This document shows, piece by piece, positions 22,256 to 34,206 of a stretch of 64,000 bases of DNA; position 1 is the first letter of the stretch; every line of letters begins with the position of its first letter. This stretch comes from Heterodontus francisci (taxonomy: Eukaryota), in NCBI RefSeq assembly GCF_036365525.1, contig NC_090389.1, forward strand, positions 35,338,973-35,402,972, in the 5' to 3' direction. The notes below the pieces were generated by a model. That model was not told where the DNA came from. It did not search any database and was given only the letters and a program-made list of their open reading frames with translations. The position numbers and the translations under genes are program-made.

Positions 22256-22801
22256 TCAGGAGAAACGCCTGACTATCAGAGCCTCCCGAGCCTTCCTTGA
22301 ACTCAGTTCCTGCAAAGCTCCAACTCCTTCCCCTCGATCTTCTTGTGGCTGTGCCCCCTCCTCCTCAACACTTTCACCCTCCTCGTCTGAGGATGCCTCG
22401 TGCTGAACAATGCCCTCAGTATCCAGGGCCTCCCTCTCTGCACTGCCAGTTATGTAAGGCGCAGCAGACGACAGCAATGCGAGATACCCTTGCTGGCGAG
22501 TACAGAAGGGCACTAACTGAGCGATCTAGACACCTAAATCTCATCTTCAGAAGACCTATGGTCTGCTCAATGGTGACTCTGGTGGTCACATGGCTCACAT
22601 TGTACCGTTCCTCTGCTTCATTCCGTGGGTTCCTCACAGGTGTCATCAGCCATGTCTTCAGCGGGTAATCCCTGTCGCCAAGTATCCATCCTTGCAGGCA
22701 CTTTGGGGGGCTGAATAGTGCTGGCACCTGGGAGTTCTTGGGAGAATGAATGCATCATGACTACTTCCAGGATAATGAACACACACCTGTAATATACCCT
22801 T
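22256..22801 (-). pseudogene. Harbinger DDE transposase, C-terminal half (inverted)
   Basis: [56 protein letters not shown]. Confidence 0.9.
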
Positions 22802-23179
22802 GGCAGTATTTAAGACTTATCACACTGATAAAAATTTACTCACACTGGAATGGACTAGCCCTAATATTTTCTGGCAAGTTTAGTGGGTGTCAAGTATGTA
22901 CAGCATCTTCATGCCATTCTGTGTAAATCAATGTCTCTCAGCGAGATACCGTTACAGAGCAGCTTCTGGAGGAACAGGGCAATTTGTGCAACAACTCCCT
23001 GATTTCCATATTTAGCAGTGCAGGTGCAGTTACCGGAACTGATTTAATCTTTAAAACAGTGAGCGCAGATCGCCTCACAGTTTTTTTAATGGCAACATCC
23101 AAGGCAATGTTTTCTGATTGGTAAATTTACCTTACACTTTCCAACTGGTTGAGGTAATGGATCTTTTGCCAAGGTAATC

Positions 23180-25580
23180 TTAGACTCCATAGCTCCGAAA
23201 CCAGGTGCAGAGATCGCGATGCGCAATTAAGCCGTGGCCATCGACCGCAGCGCAGACAACACGCAAACTTCCTGTTGCTAGTTGTTTTGAATTATTACAG
23301 AGTCCAGCTAAGGCTGTTGATTGGCTGGACATCTAAACAGGAGGCAAATATTCTGATTGGTTAGCACCAGTTAAGGCTAGTCTGTACTGCTTAAAGCTAG
23401 CCTGCACCGATTGAAGGGGAAGATGCATTTTAGCTGGGGCAGGTGCTGGCAGTCCTGTGGGACTGAAATTGACCAAGAAAGACAGCAGAATGGCACCATA
23501 TAGGAAAGAGTGGGCTCCAAGGTTTCTCATCGTTGCACTGGAGACCTTGGTGGAGGAAGTGGAAAGAAGGAGAGATGTCCTGTATCTGCAGAGAGCCAAG
23601 AGGCCCTCCAGACATACGCTAGGAGGCAGTAGGAGCAAATAGCCATGGAGGTCAATGCCAGGAGTAAATTCCCAAGGACCTTTTTTTATTCATTCATGGG
23701 ATGTGGGCGTCGCTGGTGAGGCCAGCATTTATTGCTCATCCCTGACTGCCCTTACGAAGGTGGTGGTGAGCTGCCTTCTTGAACCACTGCAGTCCATGTG
23801 GTGTAGGTACACCCACAGTACTGTAAGGGAGGGAGTTCCAGGATTTTGACCCAGTGATGGTGAAGGAACAGTGATTATAGTTCCAAGTCAGGATGGTTAG
23901 GCAGCAGAACTTTCAGGTGGTGTTCAGATGGGTCTGCTGCCCTTGCCCTTCTTGGTGGTAGAGGTAATAGGTTTGGAAGCTGCTGTTGAAGTAGCCTTGG
24001 TGAGTTGCTGCAGTGCATCTTGTAGATGGTATACACTGCCGCCACTGTGTGCCACTGGTGGAGGGAGTGAATGTTTAAGGTGCTGGATATGATGCCAATC
24101 AAGCGGGCTGCTTTGTTCTGGATGGTATCGAGCTTCTTGAGTGTTTTTGGAGCGGCACTCATTAAGGGAAGTGGCGTGTTTTCCAACACACTCCTGACTT
24201 GAGCCTTGTAGATGGTGGACAGGCTTCGGGGAATCAGGAAATGAGTTACTCACCACACAATTCCCAAACTCTGACCTGCGCTTGTAGCTACAGTATTTAT
24301 ATGGCTGGTCCCCAGGACGTTGATGGTTAGGCATTCAGCATGGTATTGACGTTAAACAAAAAGGGAGACTATTAGATTCTCTCTCGTTGGAGATGGTCAT
24401 TGTCTGGCACTTGTGTGGCGTGATTATTACTTGCCACTTAGCAGCCCAAGCTTGAATTTTGTCCAGATCTTACTGCATGTAGTATGGACTACTTCAGTAT
24501 CTGAGGAGTTGTGAATGGTACTAAACATTGCACAATCAGAAGCAAACAGCCCTCTTTCTAACCTTATGTTGGAGGGAAGTTCATTGATGAAGCAGCTGAA
24601 GATGGTTGGGCCTAGGACACTACCTGAAGGAACTCCTGCAACAAAGTCCTGGGACTGAGATGATTGACTTCCAACAACCACAACCATCTTCCTTTGTGCT
24701 CGGTATGTCTCCAAATGGTGAAGAGTTTTGCCCCTAATTCCCAATGACTTCAATTTTGCTGGGTCTCCTTGATGCCATACTCAGTTAAATGCTCCCTTTA
24801 TGTCAAGTGCAGTGACTCTCACCTCGCCTGCTGTATTCAGCTCAGTTGTGGCTGCAGTAGGTGATAGATTTCAGTGAGGGCATTTTTACCGAAGCACAGA
24901 CCTCAAACACTCTGTTTCTCTCTGAGGTTGAGATAAAAAAACTGTTCTCTGAACACTCTGGGTGGTTATGACCTCTGCTGAAAGTCCTTCTCCTCCTCCT
25001 CCCTCTTCCAGCAGTTTGTCCTGCTCTGCGTGTCCTTTGTTCATTCTCCAAATCATGTTGTATTTGAAGGGGAATGCCTACTATTGCACGCATGTCTGGG
25101 AGCAACGGGCTTGTGCCGAAATCTTGAAGTTAGTAAAAATTGCTTAAGCACCTGTACACTTCTGCAACTTTGAACAACTATAGAAAGGACTAAAGTTGTA
25201 GAATTGAAGCAACAGCCAGAAGAAATCAACCAGCAACTAACCTGTAAATAGTGCTTATATAATAGTGCTTATGGGAGTTCTTCCTGCTGCTGAACCCATG
25301 TTCACTGTGCATGCTTAAGAGAGGGCATTAGCTGGAGCATCGAGCTCCAAACTGACAGCACTGGTGTCAAAACAGCATTGCACACTGATTGACGACATGA
25401 TCTGCCTGCTTAGCATCCTTCCGATGGCTTTTCACCACACGCATAAACACCCTCCCTAATGTTGTGTGCGGCACAACTCAATACAAAGTGTATGTGTGCT
25501 CTGGAGACCGTTTTGGACACCAAGCAGCACCCCTAGTCCCTAAACTACAGACACGACCAAATCAAATTTTGCGCCATAAT
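23180..25580 (-). mobile_element. Second Harbinger relic: Myb/SANT gene start (+, about 23490-23670) and transposase start (-, about 24842-25090), centre replaced by a LINE
   Basis: APRFLIVALETLVEEVERRRDVLY (Myb/SANT-like DNA-binding start). RVFREQFFYLNL...LTEIYHLLQPQL on the minus strand. Confidence 0.72.
23681..24841 (-). mobile_element. Non-LTR retrotransposon of the CR1/L2 group (second family), 3' fragment
   Basis: AGVPSGSVLGPTIFSCFINELP...FASDC and LKKLDTIQNKAARLIG. Tail ...cccacatcccatgaatgaataaaa. Confidence 0.88.
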
Positions 25581-26978
25581 TAGTTTTTGTGATAACAGGT
25601 ACAAATTTTTCACTTTTTCTGTGACATTGCTTGGAAGATACTCTTGTAGACTACAGATGTCCATCTTAAAAACAAATGCTCTTTATTGCAAAATTTTGGA
25701 GTACAGTCAACGAGTCAGCAAAAAACATTACCTAGTTTACGTAGACTTTTGAAAGGAAGAGAATCATAGTATCTCTGTAAATCTTGTCTGTAGAGTACAG
25801 TTCAAAGTTTGTGAGAGCACTTGGACACATTCTAGTTACATTTTTAACAAGTGTATTCTCTATCACAAACAAAATAGCAGAAAAAGAAATGTCAAGCAAT
25901 TGTACTAAGTATTTGAACAATAATATTATGAACAATAATTTCTCGGTTTTATTGACAGATTGTGCTATCGGAATTCTTTACTGTGAGATAGCTGGAAGTG
26001 ATGACTGCTGATTAATTGTTCAAACTAATGTACATTCTCTGCCATTGGAAAGGAAACTAAACAGCAACCCAGTTATCGCTGTCTTATGTTTCCTAAACAG
26101 TGCACTGTTGTAATGCATAAATCAGACACTAAATTGCATTCATTAGCTGATTTCTCAGTGGTAGGTTGGGGGGAGAAAGTACTTCATCAAACAATATGAT
26201 CCCAGATTTATTTACACAGTAATGATATTTTATCATATCACTTGGCTGCTTTCCTAATTTATTTGTTTTATCCAGCTGGATGCTTACCCTTAATGATACA
26301 GCTAGCACGTTTACCCTTTGGTAGGAAACAGCCTTGGCATAAGGATGCACACCAGTGCTGTTGTAGTAATTGTAACATCAGATATATGCCACAGCAGCAG
26401 CTGCAAAGTTTAGTTTGGCCAATGCAGGATTGCTTTTATCAAGCTGTCTCACGTATTGAATTTTGGTTTCTGCAAGCCTGGGGCCACATTTGTGTTGAAA
26501 GCAGTCTGTTTGTGAGCACTTCAGGGCACTTTTATTGTAAAAGATCCCCTGCAACATTTTGTCATATTTTGACGATAAATGTTTACGACAGAAATAAAAT
26601 TAACTTGGGTCAGTTCCTTTCAAAATGATAACTCTGCTCTGTCGGCCTGCTAAGAAAAAGAATTTAACATTCATAAAAGGAAGACTCTGTATTTGAACTT
26701 TCCAGAAATCATGCATTTATAATACAGCACAGTGACATTGAGGAAAAACAAGCCACAGGCCACAGGCAAAATCACAGGGCAAAACATAGGTCAAATAAAC
26801 AGTGTTGATGATGACAGAAGTTGGGCCTCAGTCTGAAGGCTTACAATTGAGAGGATGTGAGTATTCAGGCACATGTATTATTCAAGGTGACTGGAACTGT
26901 ATTACACTTTGTCCCATAATGTCAGGGCTACTATGATTTTTGCAAACCTCCACAATATCATCGGAAACCTGGTATTAT

Positions 26979-27697
26979 GGGCTGAATTTTGTTTTGAAGA
27001 GGGAGGTCACAGCGGCAGGCCAGAAGGCAGGGGGCGGGAGCCTACCTCAGCCCTCCGTCAGGCCCCCCCCCCCCGGTTCTATTTCACTGCGGGCAGCTAA
27101 TTAACTGTCCTCTGTCAGTGACAAGTTCCCAACTCCAAGAGCTGCCGGCCACTTGGAGGACTGGCAGCTCTGCTGTACTGGCAGAACCACTAGGAGCAGT
27201 GGCCACTTCTGGTAATGTAGGAGGCCAGCAGTACAAAGAAGTCCAGTGACCTGGGACAGGTGAGTGTGGTCGAGGTCACCGAGGCCATTCAGGCCAGCCC
27301 CAACGACGGGTTGGAGGTTTGGGATCAGTGAGGGTGGCGGGGTCTTCCCAGGCGCTGGTGATCACTGCCAGGGAGGCCCTCCATGGGCCCTGGATTTCCC
27401 CCAAAGGAGGGACTCCCTGGTCCCACTAGGAGGCCACCAGGTTTTACCTGGCAGTGTCTCCCTGCAGTGACAGGCCCCTCCACCTTCTATCAAATTGAGG
27501 CGGAGGCAGGAAGAGACCCTTAATGGCCTCAATTGGTCTGGGGCAGGAAGGTCGTCCTCTGCCTCCACCCCCCACCCCAGACTAAATTGGAAGACATCGG
27601 GAAGGCTATGGACACTCTACCACCCCCACCTTCTGATGCACTTTTATGGCTCCCCCGTCTCCGTTCCCGTCCCGAGGGGGCCCATTAAATTCAGCCT
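26979..27697. mobile_element. PIF/Harbinger-type MITE
   Basis: TIRs gggctgaattt / aaattcagcct around a GC-rich non-coding body. Confidence 0.8.
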
Positions 27698-27763
27698 CAG
27701 TACTCAGAATTGTAACACGTTTAAAATCATGTTTACTCTTGAGGTTTTTTTTTTGGCTGATAG

Positions 27764-27837
27764 AGATTGGAACATTGGATAGCATACTCATTGCAGAAGA
27801 TGATGTCGTGTATGCTATTATCAAGGAGCAGCAAGAG
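27764..27837 (+). other. Candidate internal exon of an unidentified host transcript
   Basis: T-tract + ctgatag acceptor and GAG|gtcagt donor. One open frame reads IGTLDSILIAEDDVVYAIIKEQQE. No homology recognised. Confidence 0.3.
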
Positions 27838-28952
27838 GTCAGTTAAATACTGTCGAATGGCTTACGTTGGCAGAGAAAACTTGTTGATAAATATCAGATC
27901 GCTAGTCAGATTAGTGGACACAAATAAATGCTCAGAATGCCAAGAAAGAGATTTAAAGTTCTTTATATTATCGGAGGAGAAACCATTCATTTTTCTCCCC
28001 CAGTTAAAATGGTTAGAGATTGTACCTAGCTGTTGAGGGATTTCTAGGTTTAGCATCTCCATGTGAGGTAATGAACTTGGCTTATGATTGTGGAGATGAG
28101 GCCTTCTGTTTGATCAAGTTCTCCCAGCTGTACAATAGGGAATGTATCCATTGCTGTAAAACATGGATAAATCCTGTGTGAGCTTTGGCAGGATGAAGAT
28201 TTATTTATTCCCAGCATTTAAATATCAAAGCGGCAGAGATTCACTGGGTTCCTAAGGCACAAACAGGTTAGAAACATTCCTGTCATGTGTTTAATAAATG
28301 CATTTGAAAGGCTGAAGAAAGGATTAAAAGTTCAATATGCTGTGGATGTTCAGACCCACAGGACAATTGGATTCACCTCCTTTGCTGGAGAAAATAGTCA
28401 TTTTATTCAATGTATGATGCTCATTTTCTCCTTGAGGTATTGATCACATTGAAAAAGAATGGATTTAAAAAGATGCATGGTTGTAATTTACTAGATAAAG
28501 TAAAGATTGCCAGACCAGCTGGAATGCCAGCTCATTTAAAGTAATCTCGGCAGGAATTACATGGAAGTTAACACAGAGTGGAAGTCAAAGCGCTGTGAAG
28601 CCGGTGCCGTTAAATCAGAGAAAAACCCAGACAGCACACAACTTAGATTACAGTAGAACCTCCAACATTTGTGTTCTAATTATCCACCAGAAGATTTGGA
28701 GGATGGAGCCTTTATTGCAGAACCCAGTAAGACCATTTCTTCTCGACTAACATCAATAAACTTTGCAACCCAATCTATGTTATTTGTATAATATTTGTTT
28801 CCAGTCTGATAGCAGGGATGTTGCTGACCCATACACACAAGGTCAGAATTTGGGAATTCCTGATTATCTGCCGATTTCTAAGCAGTTTGCCTGATTGATG
28901 ATGGAAGGTCCCATGCACTCAAATATTTAGCTGCAATAAGATCATCTGATTA

Positions 28953-30460
28953 TAGAACACAAGAAGTAGGAGCAGGAGTAGGCCATTCAGCCCCTCGAGC
29001 CTGCCCCGCCATTCAATAAGATCATGGCTGATCTGTCCCAGGCCTCAACTCCACTTGCGTGCCTGCTCCGCATAACCCTCGACTCCCCAAGATTTCAAAA
29101 ATCTATCTACCTCCTCCTTAAATACAATGGAGACGTGTGACCAGTGGTGTTCCACAGGGATCCGTGCTGGGACCACTGTTGTTTGTGATATACATTAATG
29201 ATTTGGAGGAAAGTATAGGTGGACTGATTAGCAAGTTTGCAGACGACACTAAGATTGGTGGAGTAGCAGATAGTGAAGGGGACTGTCAGAGAATACAGCA
29301 GAATATAGATAGATTGGAGAGTTGGGCAGAGAAATGGCAGATGGAGTTCAATCAGGGCAAATGCGAGGTGATGCATTTTGGAAGATCCAATTCAAGAGTG
29401 AACTATACAGTAAATGGAAAAGTCCTGGGGAAAATTGATGTCCAGAGAGATTTGGGTGTTCAGGTCCACTGTTCCCTGAAGGTGGCAACGCAGGTAAATA
29501 GAGTGGTCAAGAAGGCATACGGCATGCTTTCCTTCATCGGACGGGGTATTGAGTACAAGAGTTGGCAGGTCATGTTACAGTTGTATAGGACTTTGGTTCG
29601 GCCACATTTGGAATACTGCGTGCAGTTCTGGTCGCCACATTACTAAAAGGATGTGGATGCTTTGGAGAGGGTGCAGAGGAGGTTCACCAGGATGTTGCCT
29701 GGTATGGAGGACGCTAGCTATGAGGAGAGGTTGAGTAGATTAGGATTATTTTCATTAGAAAGACGGAGGTTGAGGGGGGACCTGATTGAGGTGTACAAAA
29801 TCATGAGAGGTATAGACAGGGTGGATAGCAAGAGGCTTTTTCCCAGAGTGGGGGATTCAATTACTAGAGGACACGAGTTCAAAGTGAAAGGGGAAAAGTT
29901 TAGGGGGGATATGCGTGGAAAGTTCTTTACGCAGAGGGTGGTGGGTGCCTGGAACGCGTTGCCAGCGGAGGTGGTAGATGCGGGCACGATGGTGTCTTTT
30001 AAGATGTATCTAGACAGATACATGAATGGGCAGGAAGAAAAGAGATACAGAACCTTAGAAAATAGGCGACATGTTTAGAGAGAGGATCTGGATCGGCGCA
30101 GGCTTGGAGGGCCGAAGGGCCTGTTCCTGTGCTGTAATTATCTTTGTTCTTTGTTCTTTGTTCTAATTAGTGACCTAGCTCCACAACTCTCTGACGTAGA
30201 GAATTCCAGAGATTCATCACCCTCTGAGAAAAGAAATTCCTTTGCATCTCGTTTTTAAATGTGTACCCCCTTATTCTGTAACTACGTCCCCAGTTCAAGA
30301 TTCCCCCACCAGTGGAAACATATTCTCAACATCTACCCTGTCAAGCCCCTTTAGAATCTTATACGTTTCAATAAGATCACCTCTCATTCTTCTAAGCTGC
30401 AATGAATAAAGGCCTAACCTGTTTAGCCGTTCTTGATAAGACAACCCCTTCATCCCAGCT
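28953..30460 (-). mobile_element. CR1 3' fragment interrupted by a younger CR1
   Basis: Tail at 28953-29122 resumes at 30166-30460 (LSYQERLNRLGLYSL). Confidence 0.9.
29123..30165 (+). mobile_element. Young 5'-truncated CR1
   Basis: One reading frame from GVPQGSVLGP to the C-terminus, broken by a single stop at 29644-29646. Tail (tctttgt)n. Confidence 0.95.
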
Positions 30461-32141
30461 GCTCCTTCGGCAGCAGACACTGCTTCTGCGGTGGTGCTGC
30501 TCAGTGGAAGAGCTGCTGGCCTTTGATTGGCCTGCAGATCTCCAAGGACGGGACTTCTAGTGACGGCCCCCTTGATCCTGTGGAAGGCCCACTGCTGTCA
30601 ACTTAAGTGCCTGATTGACACTAGATTCGGCGCACCTTCTGGAGAAGAGGCGATGTGGTGATCTCGGCTTCACTTTTTCCAGACGTCGAGACCTCTATCA
30701 ACAGCGTAAAATTGCTGTTTTAGTAGTTAGTAAATAGTAATTAGCAAATAAGTGAGAATGCCAGAATGAGCAAATCAAAACAGCCACAACCATTACTGCA
30801 GCACATTGGGACCATGGCCAATAATTCTTATGTTTGTTCTGTTTATTGTACCTGTTCTCTATGTTGAGCCACTGGCTAATATTTTTGTTCCTCTTGGTTA
30901 AAGAAGAAACAACTCTTTGCACCAAATCTAATTGTTGGAAAGTCTCTGGGATAGAAATTGGACCTCATTGTGCCCCACGGTAGCAACACTACTGACGGAC
31001 TGGGTCTGCGGCAGGTGGTGAGGGAAAAAACCTATTTGACCTCATCCTCACCAATCTACCTGTCACAGATACATCTGTCCATGACTGTTTTGATTGGAGT
31101 GACCACCACACAGTCCTTGTGGAGACAGATACCCGACATTGTGTTGCATGGCACTACCACCATGCTAACTGGGATAGATTTTGAACAGATCTAGCAACTC
31201 AAAACTGGGCATCCATGAGGCATAGTGGGCCATCAGCAGCAGAATTGTTTTCAACCATCATCTGTAACCTTATGGCCTGGCATATCCCCCATACTACCAT
31301 TACCATCAAGCAGGGGGACCAACCCAGGTTCAATGAAGAGAGCAGGAGGGCATGACAGGAGCAGCACCAGGCATACCTAAAAATGAGGTGTCAGCCCGGT
31401 GAGACTCTAACACAGGACTACTTGCGTGCAAACAGTACAAACAGCAGGTGATAGACAGGGCTCAGCGATCCCACAACCAACATATCAGATCTAAGCTCTG
31501 CAGTCCTGCCACATCCAGTTGTGCGTGCTGGTGGACAATTAAACAGCTGACAGGAAGAGGAAGCTCCACATATATCCCCATCCTCTACTATGGGGAAGCC
31601 CAGCACATCAGTGTGAAAGACAAGGCTGAAGCATTTGCAACCATCTTCAGCCAAAGCTGCCGAGTGGATGATCCATCTCGGCCTCCTCTTGAGGTCTCCA
31701 GCATCACTGATAGCAGTCTTCAGCCAATCTGATTCACTGCACGTGATATCAAGAAATGGCTGAAGGCACTGGATACTACAAAGGCTATGGTCCCTCACAA
31801 CATTCCGGCAATAGTACTGAAGACTTGTATTCCAGAACTAGCCAGGTCCCTAGCCAAGCTGTTCCAGTACAGCAATAACACTGGCATCTACCCGACAATG
31901 TGGAAAATTTCCCAGGTATGTCCTGTGCACAAAAAGCAGGACAATCCAACTTGGCTAATTACCGGCCTATCAGTTTACTCTCGATCATCAGCAAAATGTT
32001 GGAAAGGGTCATCGACAGTGCTGTCAAGCAGCACTTGCTCAACAATAACCTGCTCAGTGATGCTTAGTTTGGGTTCCACCAGGGCCACTCAGCTTCTGAC
32101 CTCATGACAGCCTTGGTCCAAACATGGACAAAAGAGTTCAA

Positions 32142-32367
32142 TGTTAAACTCCAGAAAGCTTGTTGTGGAAGGATAATCCTGGAGCCTATCTTTACACCGT
32201 TGCACATTTATTGTACAGAGTAAAAGGATTACAAACATGTAGCTCCTCACTCAAAACCCTCCACCAGTCTCAGTAAGTGTCTGCTTATAAGTGCTCAAGT
32301 AAGACCCCAATTATCACCCTCCACCTGCATATAATCAAACAATTGATACACAATTAACAGATTAACA
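32142..32367 (-). mobile_element. Short solo LTR (226 bp)
   Basis: TGTTAA...TTAACA termini, with TATA-like and AATAAA signals on the minus strand. Interrupts the LINE; degenerate 5-bp TSD ttcaa/ctgaa. Confidence 0.7.
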
Positions 32368-33304
32368 CTGAACTCCAGAGGTGAGATGAGAGTGACTACC
32401 CTTGACATCAAGGCAGCATTTGACTGCGTATGGCATCAAGGAACCCGAGCAAAACTGGAGTCAATGGGAATCAGGGGAAAGCTCTTCATTGGTTGGAGTC
32501 ATACCTATCACAAAGGAGGATAGTTGTCGTTATGGAAGGTCAATCATTTCATTCCCAGGACATCACTGCAGGAGTTCCTCAGGACAGTGTCCTTGGGCCA
32601 AACATCTTCATCTGCTTCATCAGTGACCTTCCCTCCATCATAAGGTCAGAAGTGGGGACGTTCGCTGATGATTGCACAATGCACAATGCACCACAATGCT
32701 CCTCAGATACTGAAGCAGCCCATGTCCATATGCAGCAGACCTGGACAACATCCAGCCTTGGGCTGATAAGTGGCAAGTAACATTCGTGCCAAACAAGTGC
32801 CAGGCAATGACTATCTCAAATAAGAGAGATCTAACCATCTCTCCTTGATATTCAATAGCATTACCATCGCTGAATCCCTCACTATCAACATCCTGGGGGT
32901 TACGATTGACCATAACTGAACTGGACCAGCCACATAAATGCTATGGTTACAAGAGCAGTTTAGAGGCTGGGAATTCTGCGACGAGTAACTCACCTCCTAT
33001 CTCCCCAATGCCTGTCCACCATCTATAAGGCACAAGTCAGGAGTGTGATGGAATACTCTCCACATGCCTGGATGGATGCAGCTCTAACAACACTCAGGAA
33101 GCTCAACACCATCCAGGACAAAGCAGCCCGCTTGTTGGCACCCCATCTACTACCTTCAACATTCACTCCCTCCACCACCAATGCACAGTAACAGCAGTGT
33201 GTACCATCTACAAGATGCACTGCAGCAACTCACCAAGGCTACTTCGACAACACCTTCCAAACCTGTGACCTCTACCACCTAGGACAAGGGCAGCAAATGC
33301 ATCG

Positions 33305-34206
33305 TGTTATGACCCAGTGAGAAAGGTGTGTCGGGGGTCCCTCTCAGCCTTCACCTGGTCCTACCATAACAGGGTTTAATTTTAAACACACTGTTTCTGG
33401 CTCCCCCTTGATGAATCCTTGTTCACTGATTTTCAATTAGAAGGCAAAGAAACTAGCACAAACAGGTTTTCTTCGGTTTAAAAAAGAAAAGTTGAAATTT
33501 ATTCAAGTTGAACTTAAACTCTAATTCGGTTGACACCTATGGATACACGATGCGCCCATGCTAGCATGAATACACAATACACACATGCATAGAGACAGAA
33601 AAGGGCAGAAGAAAAAAAATGAAGTGGAAAAATTTGAGGCAATATCTGAAGAGTATTTGTTATGGTTCTTCGAGCTCACTGTAGGGTTCTTGATTGTAGG
33701 TAGATCTTGCTTTTCGTTGGGGCCCAGTATTCTTCTTAAACCTTGTTCGCTGTAGGAGACTTTTCTCTCTTGGGATTCATGTGTCTTCAGTGGATTCAGA
33801 GGCTTGTGAGAAATACAGGGGAGCAGACAGGAGAAATCTTCTCAGTCCAGCAGCAAACAGACTTTCTCTGTTCAAACTGTTTGTACAATTCATAAAAACC
33901 CAGGTTGCCAAGTCGGCTAATCATGTGACTAACTGGTCTGACCACATCTTGGATTGCATCACCATAGCAGTCTCTGGAATGCTCTTCTTACACACATTAC
34001 CTGGTGATCAAGGTCCATTGCAGGTTAAATGTGTCAGGGAATGGTCCTTTGTCCTTCCAAGCACCGTCTGTTAATATGCAAATGTCCTTTCCAGCCACGG
34101 CTGATCTGTTTAACAAGTCCTTTCTTCACTCCAGTAACAGTTAAAAATCAATGTTCATAGCAAAATTAATGTGCCTCATTCTTGGCAGGTGGGGGCCTGC
34201 ATGACA
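33305..34206 (-). mobile_element. Solo LTR (about 900 bp)
   Basis: TGTTATG...CATGACA termini and TSD atcg/atgg. One end is homologous to the LTR starting at 48424. Confidence 0.82.

Larger units (their letters stand above)
19959..22801 (+). mobile_element. PIF/Harbinger transposon, decayed, with internal inversion
   Basis: Left TIR-like ggccggaaattt. Transposase N-half is on + (about 20500-21270) and C-half on - (22256-22801). The 3' part of the second gene (presumed Myb-like partner) lies between them. Confidence 0.88.
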
